From Bryobacterales bacterium (GTDB taxonomy: Bacteria > Acidobacteriota > Terriglobia > Bryobacterales > UBA6623), in the NCBI GenBank assembly GCA_965206025.1, contig CBDBIU010000004.1, forward strand, positions 1,543,342 to 1,607,341: a stretch of DNA of 64,000 nt, given 5' to 3'. The notes under the pieces are model-generated. The model was not told the DNA's origin. It saw only the letters and a program-made list of their open reading frames with translations, and did not search any database. Of this stretch, positions 39,792 through 50,412 are shown one piece after another. Position 1 is the stretch's first letter, and each line of letters starts with the position of its first letter. A program made the position numbers and the translations under genes.

Positions 39792-41132
39792 ATGCGACGA
39801 ATCGGATGTTTGCCATGCACCGAATCGACCGTACGTCGGCGGGATTTTGTTCGCGTGGGCGGCTTGAGTCTTTTGGGCATCAATCTAGCCCAATTCCTAC
39901 AGCTTCGGAGTGCGATGGCCGCGAGCGACGGACCCCGAACCAAGGCCAAAGCCGAGGCCTGCATCCTGCTCTGGCTGGAGGGAGGCCCAAGCCACGTCGA
40001 CACCTGGGACCCCAAATCAAACAGCAATTTCCGGCCCATTTCAACGAACGTTCCAGGAATACAGATCTCCGAGTTGTTGCCCCGGATGGCCGAGCAGATG
40101 GACAAGATCTCCATCGTTCGCTCCATCCACACGGAGGAAGACAATCACCCACAGGGAACCTATTATGCACTGACGGGCCATCGGCCCAATGCGGCCATGC
40201 AGTTTCCCAGTCTCGGCTCGATCATCTCCAAGGAAATGGCAACCAGGAACAACATCCCTCGCCATGTTCTAACTCCACAGTGGGCAAAGGAGAAGCAGTA
40301 TGAAAAGTACTTTGGGAGCGCATTCATTGGACCCCAATACAGTCCCATGATCGTCCCCGATCCGAGCAAAGAGGATTTTGAGGTGGCGGACCTCAGTCTG
40401 CCTAAAGGCTTTTCTGTAGGGCGAATTGAGAACCGGCGAGCGTTTATGCATGCCTGGGACCGGTTTCATCGAGATAGGGTCGAAATTGCAGAGTATTCGA
40501 ATATGGATACGTTTACCGAGCAAGCTCTGACAATGATTTTGTCGCCCGAGGTAAGGGACGCTTTCGATGTTTCCAAGGAGTCCGATAGAACAAGGGATCT
40601 CTACGGCCGCGACGGTTTCGGACAGAGTGTTTTGCTGGCAAGACGTCTGGTGGAGGCCGGAAGCCGTTTCGTGACGGCAGCGGGCTTTCCTTTCAATGCG
40701 TGGGATTCACACGGCGAGAACGACAAGAATCATCGAGACAAACTGGTTCCACCCCTTGACCGGACTCTCGCGGCGCTGTTGACGGACTTGGACGAGCGGG
40801 GCCTGCTGGAATCGACTGTGGTAATCGCCATGGGCGAATTCGGACGGACGCCCCATCTCAACCCGGCCTTCGGAAGAGATCACTGGCCGCACTGCTGGTC
40901 CCTCGTGCTGGGAGGCGGCGGCATTCAAGGCGGAAAAGTTGTCGGTGCGAGCGACGAGCGAGGGGCTTACGTGGCCGAAGAGACGACCTCCATGGGCGAT
41001 GTGTTCGCGACCATCTACAAAGCATTCGGCATCGACTGGAAAAAAACCTACATGTCCCCGATTGGCCGCCCCATCAAGATTGCCAACTCCATTGAAGATG
41101 AGACCGGCGTGCCGATTCAGGCATTGGTCTAA
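39792..41132 (+). CDS. DUF1501 domain protein (Tat-like RR motif)
   Basis: RRRDF.RVG, WLEGGPSH.DTWDPK, CLLARRL-like SVLLARRLVEAG.RFV, WDSH, GEFGRTP, GRDHWP. Confidence 0.92.
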   Translation: MRRIGCLPCTESTVRRRDFVRVGGLSLLGINLAQFLQLRSAMAASDGPRTKAKAEACILLWLEGGPSHVDTWDPKSNSNFRPISTNVPGIQISELLPRMAEQMDKISIVRSIHTEEDNHPQGTYYALTGHRPNAAMQFPSLGSIISKEMATRNNIPRHVLTPQWAKEKQYEKYFGSAFIGPQYSPMIVPDPSKEDFEVADLSLPKGFSVGRIENRRAFMHAWDRFHRDRVEIAEYSNMDTFTEQALTMILSPEVRDAFDVSKESDRTRDLYGRDGFGQSVLLARRLVEAGSRFVTAAGFPFNAWDSHGENDKNHRDKLVPPLDRTLAALLTDLDERGLLESTVVIAMGEFGRTPHLNPAFGRDHWPHCWSLVLGGGGIQGGKVVGASDERGAYVAEETTSMGDVFATIYKAFGIDWKKTYMSPIGRPIKIANSIEDETGVPIQALV

Positions 41133-41445
41133 GAACTGACCGCGGGGACTTCAGCTTCCAGGCTCTGGCGGAGACCAACCCGCCGAACAGCCGGCCGGTA
41201 GAAGTGCTTCGTCTCGGGTAGTGGCTTAGTCTCGGGACCGAGGGCGGGCGGGAGACTCGCTCCTCACAGGGGAGATCTTTGACGTTGACACTGGCCCCGC
41301 CCGCGAATCGGTGGAAATGAGCCGGATCCCGCCGGCGCCAAGGGCGCACAAAAGGCTGCCGGGGTACAACTCGCGATTTCCGATTGAAGGGTTGAAGGGC
41401 CCATCGGGCCTGGGCATGCCAACGTCAGCGGTAGAATGGGCCCAT

Positions 41446-43791
41446 ATGCTTCCGCGCGGGAGCCTCGCTATTTTCTCCGGTCTGGCTATAGGGGTAATCT
41501 GTGGGTCGTGGTCAAGCCCGGTTCTTGGTGCGGAAGAGGCCGGAAAAGACAAGGCGCCGTACATTGGCTCGGGGACGAAGCGAATGGCCGCGAGACTCGC
41601 CGAAATCGCCGAGCGGGCCGAGGGAAGGCCCGATGAGACCCCCTACCTAAATCACAAGAGGGCCGAGGCTCTTCGTTCTCTGCTGGCTCGGATCAGCGAC
41701 CCGGACAAAGAAACTGAATTCAGAACCTATCTAGGACGCGAGCTCCTCTTCGCCGGCAAGACTGAGGAAGCTCTGAAGGAAGTCCATGCCGTCGAGCAAA
41801 GGCTCAAGCAGTCCGGGAAGCCCGTAAGTCCGGAGCTCGAGTCCCAAATCACGCATTTGTTGGGACTGTCTTATCTCCGCCTCGGGGAACAGGAAAACTG
41901 CATCCGCAGCCACAACCCGGAGTCGTGCTTACTCCCCATCAAGGGCAAGGGAGTTCATCTGATTCAGCGCGGTTCTCGCGAGGCCGTCAAGCGCTTTAGC
42001 GCCGTACTGGAAGAAAACCCCGACGACCTGACTGCCGTTTGGCTGCTCAATATTGCCTACATGACCTTGGGGGAGCATCCGGAAAAGGTTCCCGAGGAGT
42101 GGTTGATCTCATTCGACGCTTTTGACTCTGACCGCGATATCAAACGCTTTCCCGACATCGCGGCGGCTCTGGGCCTCGATGTCGACGGCCTAGCGGGAGG
42201 CGGCCTCATGGAAGACTTTGATGGCGACGGCTATCTGGATCTGATGGTTTCTTCCTGGGGCTTGCGAGATCAGCTTCGTTATTTCCGAAACAACACCGAC
42301 GGTACTTTTTCCGACCGAACGAGAGAGGCCGGCTTGACGGGCGTGACGGGGGGGCTAAACCTTGTCCACGCTGACTATGACAATGATGGCGATGCCGACG
42401 TATTCGTTCTTCGAGGGGCGTGGTTGGCGGAGGCCGGGCGCCACCCGAACTCGCTGCTGCGAAACAACGGTGACGGGACGTTTGACGATGTGACTGAACA
42501 GGCCGGCTTGCTCTCATTCCATCCGACGCAGACCGCGGCCTGGGGAGATTACGACAACGACGGTTGGCTGGATCTCTTCATCGGCAACGAAACCACGGGG
42601 GAACAAGAGCATCCCTGTGAGCTGTTTCACAACAACCGCGACGGGACTTTCAGCGAGATTGCCGCGCAGGCGGGCGTTGGCAGTGTCGGCTACGTCAAAG
42701 GCGCAGTCTGGGGCGACTACGACAACGACGGACGAGTCGATCTCTACCTCTCACGCCTTGGTCAGTCCAACCTGCTCTATCGCAACAATGGCCCGCGCAG
42801 GCAGGCTGAAGAAAGTTCGGAGGGCGGCTCGCCGGAAAACGAAGAAACGGTGTCGGGAATTCAGCCATGGAGCTTCACGGACGTCAGCGTGAGCGCGGGC
42901 GTCACCCGGCCCAGGGACAGTTTCCCCACTTGGTTTTGGGATTACAACAACGATGGTTCGTTGGATCTCTTCGTCTGTGGCTGGAGGCTGGAGGACTTGG
43001 TCGGCGACATAGCGGCCGATTACCTCGGCTACCCGAACACCGGCGAGCCGCCGAGGCTCTACCGCAACAACGGCGATGGAACGTTCACCGACGTTGCGCC
43101 CGAGGCACAGCTCAATAGGCTCCTTTTGGCCATGGGAAGCAACTTTGGCGACCTGGATAACGACGGGTTTCCGGACTTCTATGTCGCCACCGGCACGCCC
43201 GATCTGGCGCTGCTGGTTCCCAACCTCATGTTTCGCAACGCCGAGGGCAAATTCTTTCAAGACGTTACAGCTTCGGGTGGATTCGGTCATTTGCAAAAAG
43301 GCCACGGAGTGTCGTTTGGGGATATCGACAATGATGGCGACCAGGATATTTCGACCGTCATGGGTGGAGCGTACACCGGCGACAACTACTGGAATGTGCT
43401 CTTCCTCAACCCCGGACACGGCAACCATTGGATCACGCTTCGTCTCGAAGGTGTCGAGTCAAACCGCTCGGCGGTCGGCGCCCGAATTCGGATTCGCTTA
43501 CAGGCCGCGGGCGGGCAGCGCGATGTCCACGCAACGGTGGGCACGGGGGGAAGCTTTGGGGGGTCGAGCCTTCAGCAGGAAATCGGGCTGGGAGAGGCGA
43601 CATCGATCGACTTCATTGAGATTAGCTGGCCGTCCGGCAAAACCCAGCTATTCAAAGACATCGCCATGGATCAGATGCTGAAGATACGAGAAGGCGACCG
43701 GGCGCCTGTCCCGGTGAAGCTAAGGCACGTTGATCTGGAAGCAGCGAGCGGGCAAGCCCACGCTCACGATCATCAAAACTCCGAGCCCTGA
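41446..43791 (+). CDS. FG-GAP/ASPIC-UnbV (CRTAC1-like) protein #2 with N-terminal helical/TPR-like domain
   Basis: YLRLGEQENC, W.LN.AYMTLG, many D.D.DG..D repeats, MG.NFGDLDNDG, QKGHGV.FGD, GGSFG; start uncertain (41311-41446). Confidence 0.9.
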   Translation: MLPRGSLAIFSGLAIGVICGSWSSPVLGAEEAGKDKAPYIGSGTKRMAARLAEIAERAEGRPDETPYLNHKRAEALRSLLARISDPDKETEFRTYLGRELLFAGKTEEALKEVHAVEQRLKQSGKPVSPELESQITHLLGLSYLRLGEQENCIRSHNPESCLLPIKGKGVHLIQRGSREAVKRFSAVLEENPDDLTAVWLLNIAYMTLGEHPEKVPEEWLISFDAFDSDRDIKRFPDIAAALGLDVDGLAGGGLMEDFDGDGYLDLMVSSWGLRDQLRYFRNNTDGTFSDRTREAGLTGVTGGLNLVHADYDNDGDADVFVLRGAWLAEAGRHPNSLLRNNGDGTFDDVTEQAGLLSFHPTQTAAWGDYDNDGWLDLFIGNETTGEQEHPCELFHNNRDGTFSEIAAQAGVGSVGYVKGAVWGDYDNDGRVDLYLSRLGQSNLLYRNNGPRRQAEESSEGGSPENEETVSGIQPWSFTDVSVSAGVTRPRDSFPTWFWDYNNDGSLDLFVCGWRLEDLVGDIAADYLGYPNTGEPPRLYRNNGDGTFTDVAPEAQLNRLLLAMGSNFGDLDNDGFPDFYVATGTPDLALLVPNLMFRNAEGKFFQDVTASGGFGHLQKGHGVSFGDIDNDGDQDISTVMGGAYTGDNYWNVLFLNPGHGNHWITLRLEGVESNRSAVGARIRIRLQAAGGQRDVHATVGTGGSFGGSSLQQEIGLGEATSIDFIEISWPSGKTQLFKDIAMDQMLKIREGDRAPVPVKLRHVDLEAASGQAHAHDHQNSEP

Positions 43792-43814
43792 TTCCGCGGC
43801 AAAAAGCCGGCCGG

Positions 43815-44573
43815 CTACCGAACCTTGCGGTTGATGTTGGGCAGTTTCCGCATCAATGCATCCTGCGACGCGGCGTTCTTGGCGCTCTGCTGTTCCCGCT
43901 TTAAGCGTTTCGCCTCGGCAAGTTCCAAGGCTCTCTGACGAGCTCTTTGACGGCTCCAGCGATCGAGCGAGTCCTTGTCGGACCGGTTGAACTTGACCGC
44001 CGCGCGCTTGCCCGTAGCTCCATTCAGCACGAGGGAGTGCTTCGACCTTACCTCGTATCCCGATCCGCCGAGCGAAACGAGCGCTTCGCCGCGAAAGACC
44101 TTGAGAACCGGCGACTGCCCTTCTTGCGCGTCGATCCGATACAGGCCCTTGCTTCTAAACTGCACGGAGGACTTCGCGACAAGCAGGGAAATCGTGTTTT
44201 CTTGAGGCTCTTTGACAACATGGACGATGCCCGATCCGGAAATCCAGCGGAGCTTGCCGTCCTTTAGCTTGTCGGAGACAATCTCGACTGCACTCTGTTC
44301 CCCGACGTGGACGAAATCATTAGGACCGAGATTCATCTCCGCCCGGCCACTCTCGGTTCGGAGCCTCTCGCCTTCTTCGAGGTGGTGGAACCCGGCACCC
44401 TTGGTTAGGGAAGGGCGTGCCGAGTCTATGAAAACCTGGCCCTCCGCGTAGTAGATCAGGCCGGCGCGGGCTGAAACAGCAGTTTGGGCGAACGAAGCGG
44501 CCGGGAGGACGAGTAGACCGAAAACGCTTGCCGCGTTGGCCCTGAATCCACGGCTCTTGAAGATCTCGGCCAT
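43815..44573 (-). CDS. FecR-domain secreted protein
   Basis: Signal peptide, SARAGLI.Y.EG.V, L..GE.LRT..GRAE, G.YRID, D.LDRWS..R. Confidence 0.7.
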   Translation of the reverse strand: MAEIFKSRGFRANAASVFGLLVLPAASFAQTAVSARAGLIYYAEGQVFIDSARPSLTKGAGFHHLEEGERLRTESGRAEMNLGPNDFVHVGEQSAVEIVSDKLKDGKLRWISGSGIVHVVKEPQENTISLLVAKSSVQFRSKGLYRIDAQEGQSPVLKVFRGEALVSLGGSGYEVRSKHSLVLNGATGKRAAVKFNRSDKDSLDRWSRQRARQRALELAEAKRLKREQQSAKNAASQDALMRKLPNINRKVR

Positions 44574-44613
44574 GATTCGACACCCTCGCCGCCGCGCCGC
44601 GACAGTCGGGAAG

Positions 44614-45834
44614 CTATGGCAGCGCCGAAGCCGTTTCGGCGCCCGGCGATTCGATGACGCCCAGCGCCTCCCATTCGGCGAGCTGTTTTCTCACCTCGGG
44701 GGCGATCGGGGAATCGGGTTGCGCTTTCAAGAAGGTTCGAAAGTCGCCGGCGGCGCTCGGGAAATCCCCTTGCCTGGCATGGATCATCCCCAATAAATGA
44801 TGAGCCAGCGGAAACGACTGCGCCCCCTCGCCGGACTCAATCGCCAGGGCTGACTTCTCGGCCGCTTCCATGTTACCCCGCTGAAAGTTGGCCACGGCAC
44901 GATAATAGCGGATCTCCTTGTGATGCGGATTGAGCCGCAGCACGTCGTCCGAGAGCTGAGCGACCCGCTGCCAATCATTGCTCTTCATGGCCAGCTTCAC
45001 GAGGGGCGCATACGGCTTCAGATACTTTGCGTCCGCCGCGATTGCATTCTGTAGTGCTTGCCGCGCCCCAGCGTCATCTCCCATCGTCAGCCGGGTTTCG
45101 CCTAGCAGGGCCCAGGCGGCGGCGAATTGCGGGTATTCGTGTACCGCCTTCTCGAGATCCTTGGCCGCCCTTTTCGGATTCGGCTTAGTCCCGAGCAGCT
45201 CCTTGAGCGCCTTCTCGTAGGCTTTCTTCGCTTTCTTCGGCGCGGCCAGCGTGGTGACGCTAACGGCGGCGCCCTCGACATTCTCCAAACGATGCAGCAC
45301 GATCACGCCGATGTCGGGCTTGTCGTATGCGGTTCGCCGGCCCAGGGTAATGACGTCCGAGCGATAGCCGGGCATTACGGCCCGCAATTCACATCCCGTC
45401 AAATCGACGTGACGCGCACTGCCCAGCATCAACATTTGAAGCTTTTCCCGGCCGACGTATTGCCCGACATCTCGCACGTCGGGACTGACCCCGGCAACGC
45501 TGGCGTCGGTACCGGATGAAGTATTGTCAGCGCCGATGGCAAGGCTGAACCGTCCGTTGCTGTTTGTGCGCGTTTCGCGAAAAGTTTGGTTGTTGCACGC
45601 TCGTTCGATCGTCACCAGCTGGGCGGGGGTTGTACCATCGTCCAAGGCGACCTTGCCCCTGATGTAAACCGGTCGCGGCCGCCGAGGGTCGCTGGCGCCT
45701 GCCTGTTGACCCGGTCCGCCGAAAAGGCCCGGAGCCTGCGCGCCGGCACCCCGGCCTGAGCCGTCTTGTTGAGCCCAGATGGGGTTCGTGAGTACCACGG
45801 AAAGACTCAGAAGCAGCCAAGGGTTCTTGCGCAT
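44614..45834 (-). CDS. Secreted TPR-repeat protein with carboxypeptidase-regulatory-like N-domain
   Basis: Signal peptide, I.GKV.LDDG, KKAKKAYEK, AW.LLGE, A...FRTFLKA.P. Confidence 0.75.
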   Translation of the reverse strand: MRKNPWLLLSLSVVLTNPIWAQQDGSGRGAGAQAPGLFGGPGQQAGASDPRRPRPVYIRGKVALDDGTTPAQLVTIERACNNQTFRETRTNSNGRFSLAIGADNTSSGTDASVAGVSPDVRDVGQYVGREKLQMLMLGSARHVDLTGCELRAVMPGYRSDVITLGRRTAYDKPDIGVIVLHRLENVEGAAVSVTTLAAPKKAKKAYEKALKELLGTKPNPKRAAKDLEKAVHEYPQFAAAWALLGETRLTMGDDAGARQALQNAIAADAKYLKPYAPLVKLAMKSNDWQRVAQLSDDVLRLNPHHKEIRYYRAVANFQRGNMEAAEKSALAIESGEGAQSFPLAHHLLGMIHARQGDFPSAAGDFRTFLKAQPDSPIAPEVRKQLAEWEALGVIESPGAETASALP

Positions 45835-45858
45835 ACGTTGTGCCTGGATTGGCCGGGT

Positions 45859-45910
45859 CTAGCCCGCTTTTCTCGCCAGCTAACGGTCGAAGGACACGAT
45901 CAACCCGCCA
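45859..45910. mobile_element. MITE family A, degenerate left-end fragment
   Basis: CTAGCCCGCTTTTCTCGCCAGCTAACGGTCGAAGGACACGATCAACCCGCCA aligns to the copy-2 left end. Confidence 0.65.
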
Positions 45911-45949
45911 AACTATCCCTAAGTATCTGTAAAACAACGCTTTATGAGG

Positions 45950-46216
45950 AATTGGGTTCGTTTGGTAATTCTGTTGTTCGGCAGCCCACCGACGCGGACG
46001 CTGGAACAGCGCCAGGTCCGAGCTACAAGCTGCTCCGATCGTCCGTTGCCGCCGTGTTGCTCCTTCGGGGCCTCCCGCGCCGCGGCAAAGCTACTCTTGT
46101 ACCCGGCTGGTCCGATCCGTCGGATTTTATGGGTCCGACCGTCCCGCCGTACTGGAAACCAACTGTAAACCATTGATTCCCTTTGGGTTCGACGAAATTG
46201 GGTTCGTTTGGTAATT
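45950..46216. repeat. Perfect 21-bp direct repeat AATTGGGTTCGTTTGGTAATT (two copies)
   Basis: 45950-45970 and 46196-46216. Confidence 0.8.
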
Positions 46217-46374
46217 TTGTTCTCTCGTTGGTTCGTGGCTTCCGACGGCCCGTGCTCGAATGGGCCCCGAATGCTTCGCGTGTACTCAATTACATTGTAC
46301 CCTGCCAATCCAAGGAGGACTTGGCGCCAATGGGTCTAAGCTACTTTTAATGAGACACTTAGGCTGTGAGACAT

Positions 46375-46570
46375 CTAGCCCGCATTTCTCAAGACAAAAC
46401 TGTGGGGGCGGGCCGCTGCGCCCGCCCAGAGAGGTTCTCGCGTGGTTGGGTTGCGTGATCGAGTGGGACGGAGCGTGCATCTCACGAATGGGCGGACACG
46501 GCGGTCCGCCCCTACAAACGAAGTCCCTTCAACCCCGGTCGTCCGAACGCTCGTGAGAAAAGCGGTCTAA
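46375..46570. mobile_element. MITE family B, copy 1 (same TIRs as family A, different core with a GTAG-REP hairpin)
   Basis: CTAGCCCGCATTTCTCA ... TGAGAAAAGCGGTCTAA, 196 bp; internal GGGCGGACACGGCGGTCCGCCCCTAC. Confidence 0.75.
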
Positions 46571-46695
46571 GAAGACCATACAATCTCAGGAGATCCCCGG
46601 CGTCGCAATCTACCGTCTTCACAAGCAAATTTACAGATGTTTCCAGGAACGGCTCTTCCAGCTACCCCTTGGCTTTGCGGTTACCCCATCGAAGC

Positions 46696-46733
46696 AAAAA
46701 AAAGAGGCCCCGGCTTCGAAAAGCCAGGACCCC
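46696..46733 (-). terminator. Intrinsic terminator of the TonB-dependent receptor gene
   Basis: Minus strand GGGGTCCTGGCT-TTTCGA-AGCCGGGGCCTC followed by T8. Confidence 0.8.
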
Positions 46734-46760
46734 GTAATTCGTTAAAAACCAGCTAGGCGG

Positions 46761-49700
46761 CTACCACAGGATGCGGACGCCCAGTTGGATCCTGCGCGGC
46801 TCCTGGGCGCTGGTGATGATGTTCGTGCTACCCGGAGACGACACCGGGAAGATCGTAGTACTCGGGTTGCCTAAGTTTGCGTGGTTCAAGGCATTGAAGA
46901 ACTCACCCCGAATGTTGAGGGTGAGCCTTTCCTTCAAGACGATGTTCTTACTCACGGAGAGGTCAAGCCCCCAAGCGCCGGGGCCGATGATAGAACCGCG
47001 GGAAGAGTTGCCGAACGCATCGTTTCCGATCACATCCGTCCCTTGGTGCGAGAACGCATTCAAGTTGAACCAGCTAGATTGCGTCTTGGCGCCCTTCGTA
47101 TCGCTACCGTCAACTCGGTCCGGACGGATCCCTCCGACAGCAAAGCATTTACAATCGACGCCAGACGCCGAGGGGGTTAACGCCCGACCCGATACCACCG
47201 TGAACTGTTGAGTAAGATCCCAGCCACCCAGAAGGTAATCTATAGCCCCCGAATTGAGCCATTTGCGACCGCGTCCCAAAGGAAGCTCATAGCTCCCGGC
47301 CCAGACCACCCGGTGACGCTGGTCGTTGCCGTTAAGCCCCCGATCGGACTGCCGGTCGTACCAGTTCGAACGGCCCATGTCGTCGAGATACTTCGACCAG
47401 GTGTAGTTCGACACAAAGCTCAAGCCGTTGCGATATCTCTGCTCGACCTTGAAGACGAGGGCATGGTAATTCGAGTTCCCAAGCGCCGTATACGGAAGGA
47501 CATTCCCATATTGCGGGAAGGGGCGAATGGCCTGAATGTTCCCAGCCACCTCGGTGCCAACCGCGGCGGGGAAGACCTGGTTAATGTTGTTTCGTTGGAA
47601 CAGATGGTGCCCTATGTTGGCGATCCAACCCAGCTCGAAGAACAGCCCGTTCTCAAGCTGGTGCTGGACGTTGAAATTCCATTGCACTGAGTATGGCGTC
47701 TCGTTGTCCCTCAGCAAGAAGTCAGGGTTAATCCGAGGGGCGTCGCCCACCGGAACACTGCCAAAAGCCGGATCCAATGTGCCGTCAAAAGGAGCGGGCG
47801 CCGGCAGACCGGTAGCAAGGTGATACGGGGCGGTGACGCCGCTATCCACCGTGGAGGTGGCCACGGTGGTGCTCACATCGGGGCGCAAAAGCCCGGGAGC
47901 TCCACGAAGACCCCATTGGACATGGTAGCCGTAGAAGAGGCCACCCCCTCCTCGAATGACGGTATTCGGGGCAACGTTCCAAGAGAAGCCAACGCGCGGC
48001 GCAAAGTTATTACTGTCTTGGTCCCAATACGTGTCCGGGTAGGTCGCCACACCCGGGGTTCCAGAGACCGAGTTGATGGCCTCCAGATCAAACGCATTCA
48101 GCCGATCTTTGCACGGGAAGCCCGTGTTACAGCGGCTGTCGCTCAGGCCCTCGGTCATGGGAGTGTCCACCTCGTAGCGCATGCCAAGATTCAGGGTGAA
48201 GTTAGGCGTGACCTTCCAGTCGTCTTGGATGTAGAAGCTGTGCCACCAACTCAAGAAATGCCTCATGGCCGTGGAACTCAAGCTGCCGCTGTCGGGCCAA
48301 TCGAGCAGCAGGGAAGCGACGCTATCTCCCGAGGTGGGATCCGTTGGAGTCGCCGCCGTGCCCCGGGTGGCGAAGTTGTAGGTCCCGGGCCAATTGAGGT
48401 GGGTATACATCGTCGCCGAAGAGCGGCGAGTCTCATAACCGAACTTCAAGGAATGCGCGCCCCTCAACGTCGTGATCGAGTCGATGAGGTTCCAATTGCG
48501 CATCGGGAGCTGCCAGTCTCCGGAGCCGATCCAGCCGTTGCCGGGCATGGCGTAGCCGGAAGCGTTGATGTTGGGGAAGGCGTCGTTGGGAACGTCAAAT
48601 TTCTCCGTCGTCTTGGCCACCGGTGTCGGCAACACAAGACCGATCTGCTCCGGAAAACCTTGCCCCGTGCTCAGATGTTGCCCCCCCCAGGACCGGGTGG
48701 CGTAGGAAAAGCGAACATCATTAATCACCGTCGGACTGACGATACGCGTCCAGTTGAAACCTTGATTCCGGCTCCAGGGCTCGAGGACCATGTCGCCTCG
48801 GTCGAACCAGTTCCGGGTGGATGTGTTCCCGGTGATGCCCACGGCATTCTCTACTCCGGGAGCTCCGGGCCAAGGTCCATCGTATTGGAACGGTCCGTTA
48901 TCCAGAAGGACGCGCCAGAAGAACCTGTCTTTGTCGCTGGGAGCGTAGTCGAATTTCGAGCTGGTCGCCCAACGGTTTGTGCTATTGGAGTCGGCAATGG
49001 AAACAAAGTTGTTCGTACCCGACAGGTCAGTCGGTATGTTGTTCGGCGTCGGAATAAGCGCCAAGATGTTTCTACCGACGTCGAACTGTTGCGCCCGGGG
49101 GATGATGTTGTTCTGGAACGGGGTCCGGGTAACCGAGCCGCCCGTCCCTATCACGGTCGAACGAGGGTCGTAAATCGTCTTGAGATTCCCGGCGGCGTCC
49201 GTCTTGCCGGAAAAATCGCCGTCCCTCTGCGCCAAGGTGGGCAACGTCTGGAAGAACTCCGCGGTCAGGCCTCGGCCCGCGCCTGTCAGGTTGGTAATTT
49301 TGAACTTGGTCTTTTCATAGGTACCGAAGAAAAAGAGCTTGTTCTTGACGATCGCTCCGCCGCCGCCTATGCCGAATATGTGCTCGCGGAACGGTGCCGG
49401 CTCTTGCGCAAAAAGGTTCCTAGCGTCAAAGGCCTGTTGGCGGTGAAACCACCAGCCTGTACCGTGAAACTCGTTGGTTCCCGATTTCGTGGTCATCAGG
49501 AGCAAGCCGCCGGCGCTGCCCCCGTATTCCGCCTTGTAGCCGTTCGCCACCACGCGAAACTCGGAGGTCACTTCTAGGCTGGGGTTGATAGTGTGAACGT
49601 TGGACTCGACGCGCGTATTCGTGGCGTTGCCACCGTCAATGTAGACGGCCGGCAGCGTAGGTCCGCCCGCCAGCGAGTAGAAGGGAGTCTGGGTGGTGGT

Positions 49701-50267
49701 GGGCTCGGTGCCATTGTACGCGACGGCCGCGGCCACCGTGAGCAATTGCAGGGGCCGCCGTAACGCCACCGGCAAGGTGTGAATCAGTCTCTCCTCCACC
49801 TGGTTGCTGACGGTCTGCGTCTCCGTTTCCAACGTGACCGCCGAAGCCTCCACTTCGACCACCTGGACCAACTCCCCGACTTCGAGAGTTACGTCCACGG
49901 TGGTAACGCGAGCGCCCTCCAGAACGACCGAGCTGACGTGTTTCTTGAAGCCCTCCTGCTCGACTCCTACCTCATACCTGCCGGGTATGAGCTCGATGAA
50001 GCGATACAGACCGGCTTGGTTGGTGACGGTTGACAATTGGACACCCGTGGCTACATTCGTCGTTGTCACCGTCGCGTCCACAATGGAGGCGCCGGTGGCG
50101 TCGGTTACCGAGCCCGCTAAGCCGGCGGCTCGCTGCCCCCAGCCCGGCGTCGCGAAGAGTATCAAGCAACAGCATATGGCTGCCCAACGGCATACGGCCG
50201 AGACGCCCGTGTACCGGACAGCTGAAAACTTCCTAGCCTTCACGAAAATTTCTGAATGTGTTCGCAT
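46761..50267 (-). CDS. TonB-dependent receptor-like protein (Oar type) with CarboxypepD_reg N-domain
   Basis: G.V.DATGA.I..A.V, EFRV..N.Y.AEYG.S.GG, YIQDDWKV, NFAPRVGFSW, PRRIQLG.R..W end. Confidence 0.92.
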   Translation of the reverse strand: MRTHSEIFVKARKFSAVRYTGVSAVCRWAAICCCLILFATPGWGQRAAGLAGSVTDATGASIVDATVTTTNVATGVQLSTVTNQAGLYRFIELIPGRYEVGVEQEGFKKHVSSVVLEGARVTTVDVTLEVGELVQVVEVEASAVTLETETQTVSNQVEERLIHTLPVALRRPLQLLTVAAAVAYNGTEPTTTQTPFYSLAGGPTLPAVYIDGGNATNTRVESNVHTINPSLEVTSEFRVVANGYKAEYGGSAGGLLLMTTKSGTNEFHGTGWWFHRQQAFDARNLFAQEPAPFREHIFGIGGGGAIVKNKLFFFGTYEKTKFKITNLTGAGRGLTAEFFQTLPTLAQRDGDFSGKTDAAGNLKTIYDPRSTVIGTGGSVTRTPFQNNIIPRAQQFDVGRNILALIPTPNNIPTDLSGTNNFVSIADSNSTNRWATSSKFDYAPSDKDRFFWRVLLDNGPFQYDGPWPGAPGVENAVGITGNTSTRNWFDRGDMVLEPWSRNQGFNWTRIVSPTVINDVRFSYATRSWGGQHLSTGQGFPEQIGLVLPTPVAKTTEKFDVPNDAFPNINASGYAMPGNGWIGSGDWQLPMRNWNLIDSITTLRGAHSLKFGYETRRSSATMYTHLNWPGTYNFATRGTAATPTDPTSGDSVASLLLDWPDSGSLSSTAMRHFLSWWHSFYIQDDWKVTPNFTLNLGMRYEVDTPMTEGLSDSRCNTGFPCKDRLNAFDLEAINSVSGTPGVATYPDTYWDQDSNNFAPRVGFSWNVAPNTVIRGGGGLFYGYHVQWGLRGAPGLLRPDVSTTVATSTVDSGVTAPYHLATGLPAPAPFDGTLDPAFGSVPVGDAPRINPDFLLRDNETPYSVQWNFNVQHQLENGLFFELGWIANIGHHLFQRNNINQVFPAAVGTEVAGNIQAIRPFPQYGNVLPYTALGNSNYHALVFKVEQRYRNGLSFVSNYTWSKYLDDMGRSNWYDRQSDRGLNGNDQRHRVVWAGSYELPLGRGRKWLNSGAIDYLLGGWDLTQQFTVVSGRALTPSASGVDCKCFAVGGIRPDRVDGSDTKGAKTQSSWFNLNAFSHQGTDVIGNDAFGNSSRGSIIGPGAWGLDLSVSKNIVLKERLTLNIRGEFFNALNHANLGNPSTTIFPVSSPGSTNIITSAQEPRRIQLGVRILW

Positions 50268-50412
50268 GATGTACCTCTCCCAAGGAATATCAGATCACCA
50301 GCCGGGATTGCGATAGGCCCACCCTTCTACAACGACCGTCGGGCAGGAACCTCAGACCCCCAGCTCGAACTAGCGTTTATTATTTCACAATCTGATTGTT
50401 CGGTCAACATCT

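Noticed and set aside
47820-49577. Long antisense ORFs (e.g. 47820..49577, 23974..25008, 11787..12752, 3131..4036)
   Set aside because: Shadow frames opposite well-supported genes in GC-rich DNA, with no recognisable motifs.
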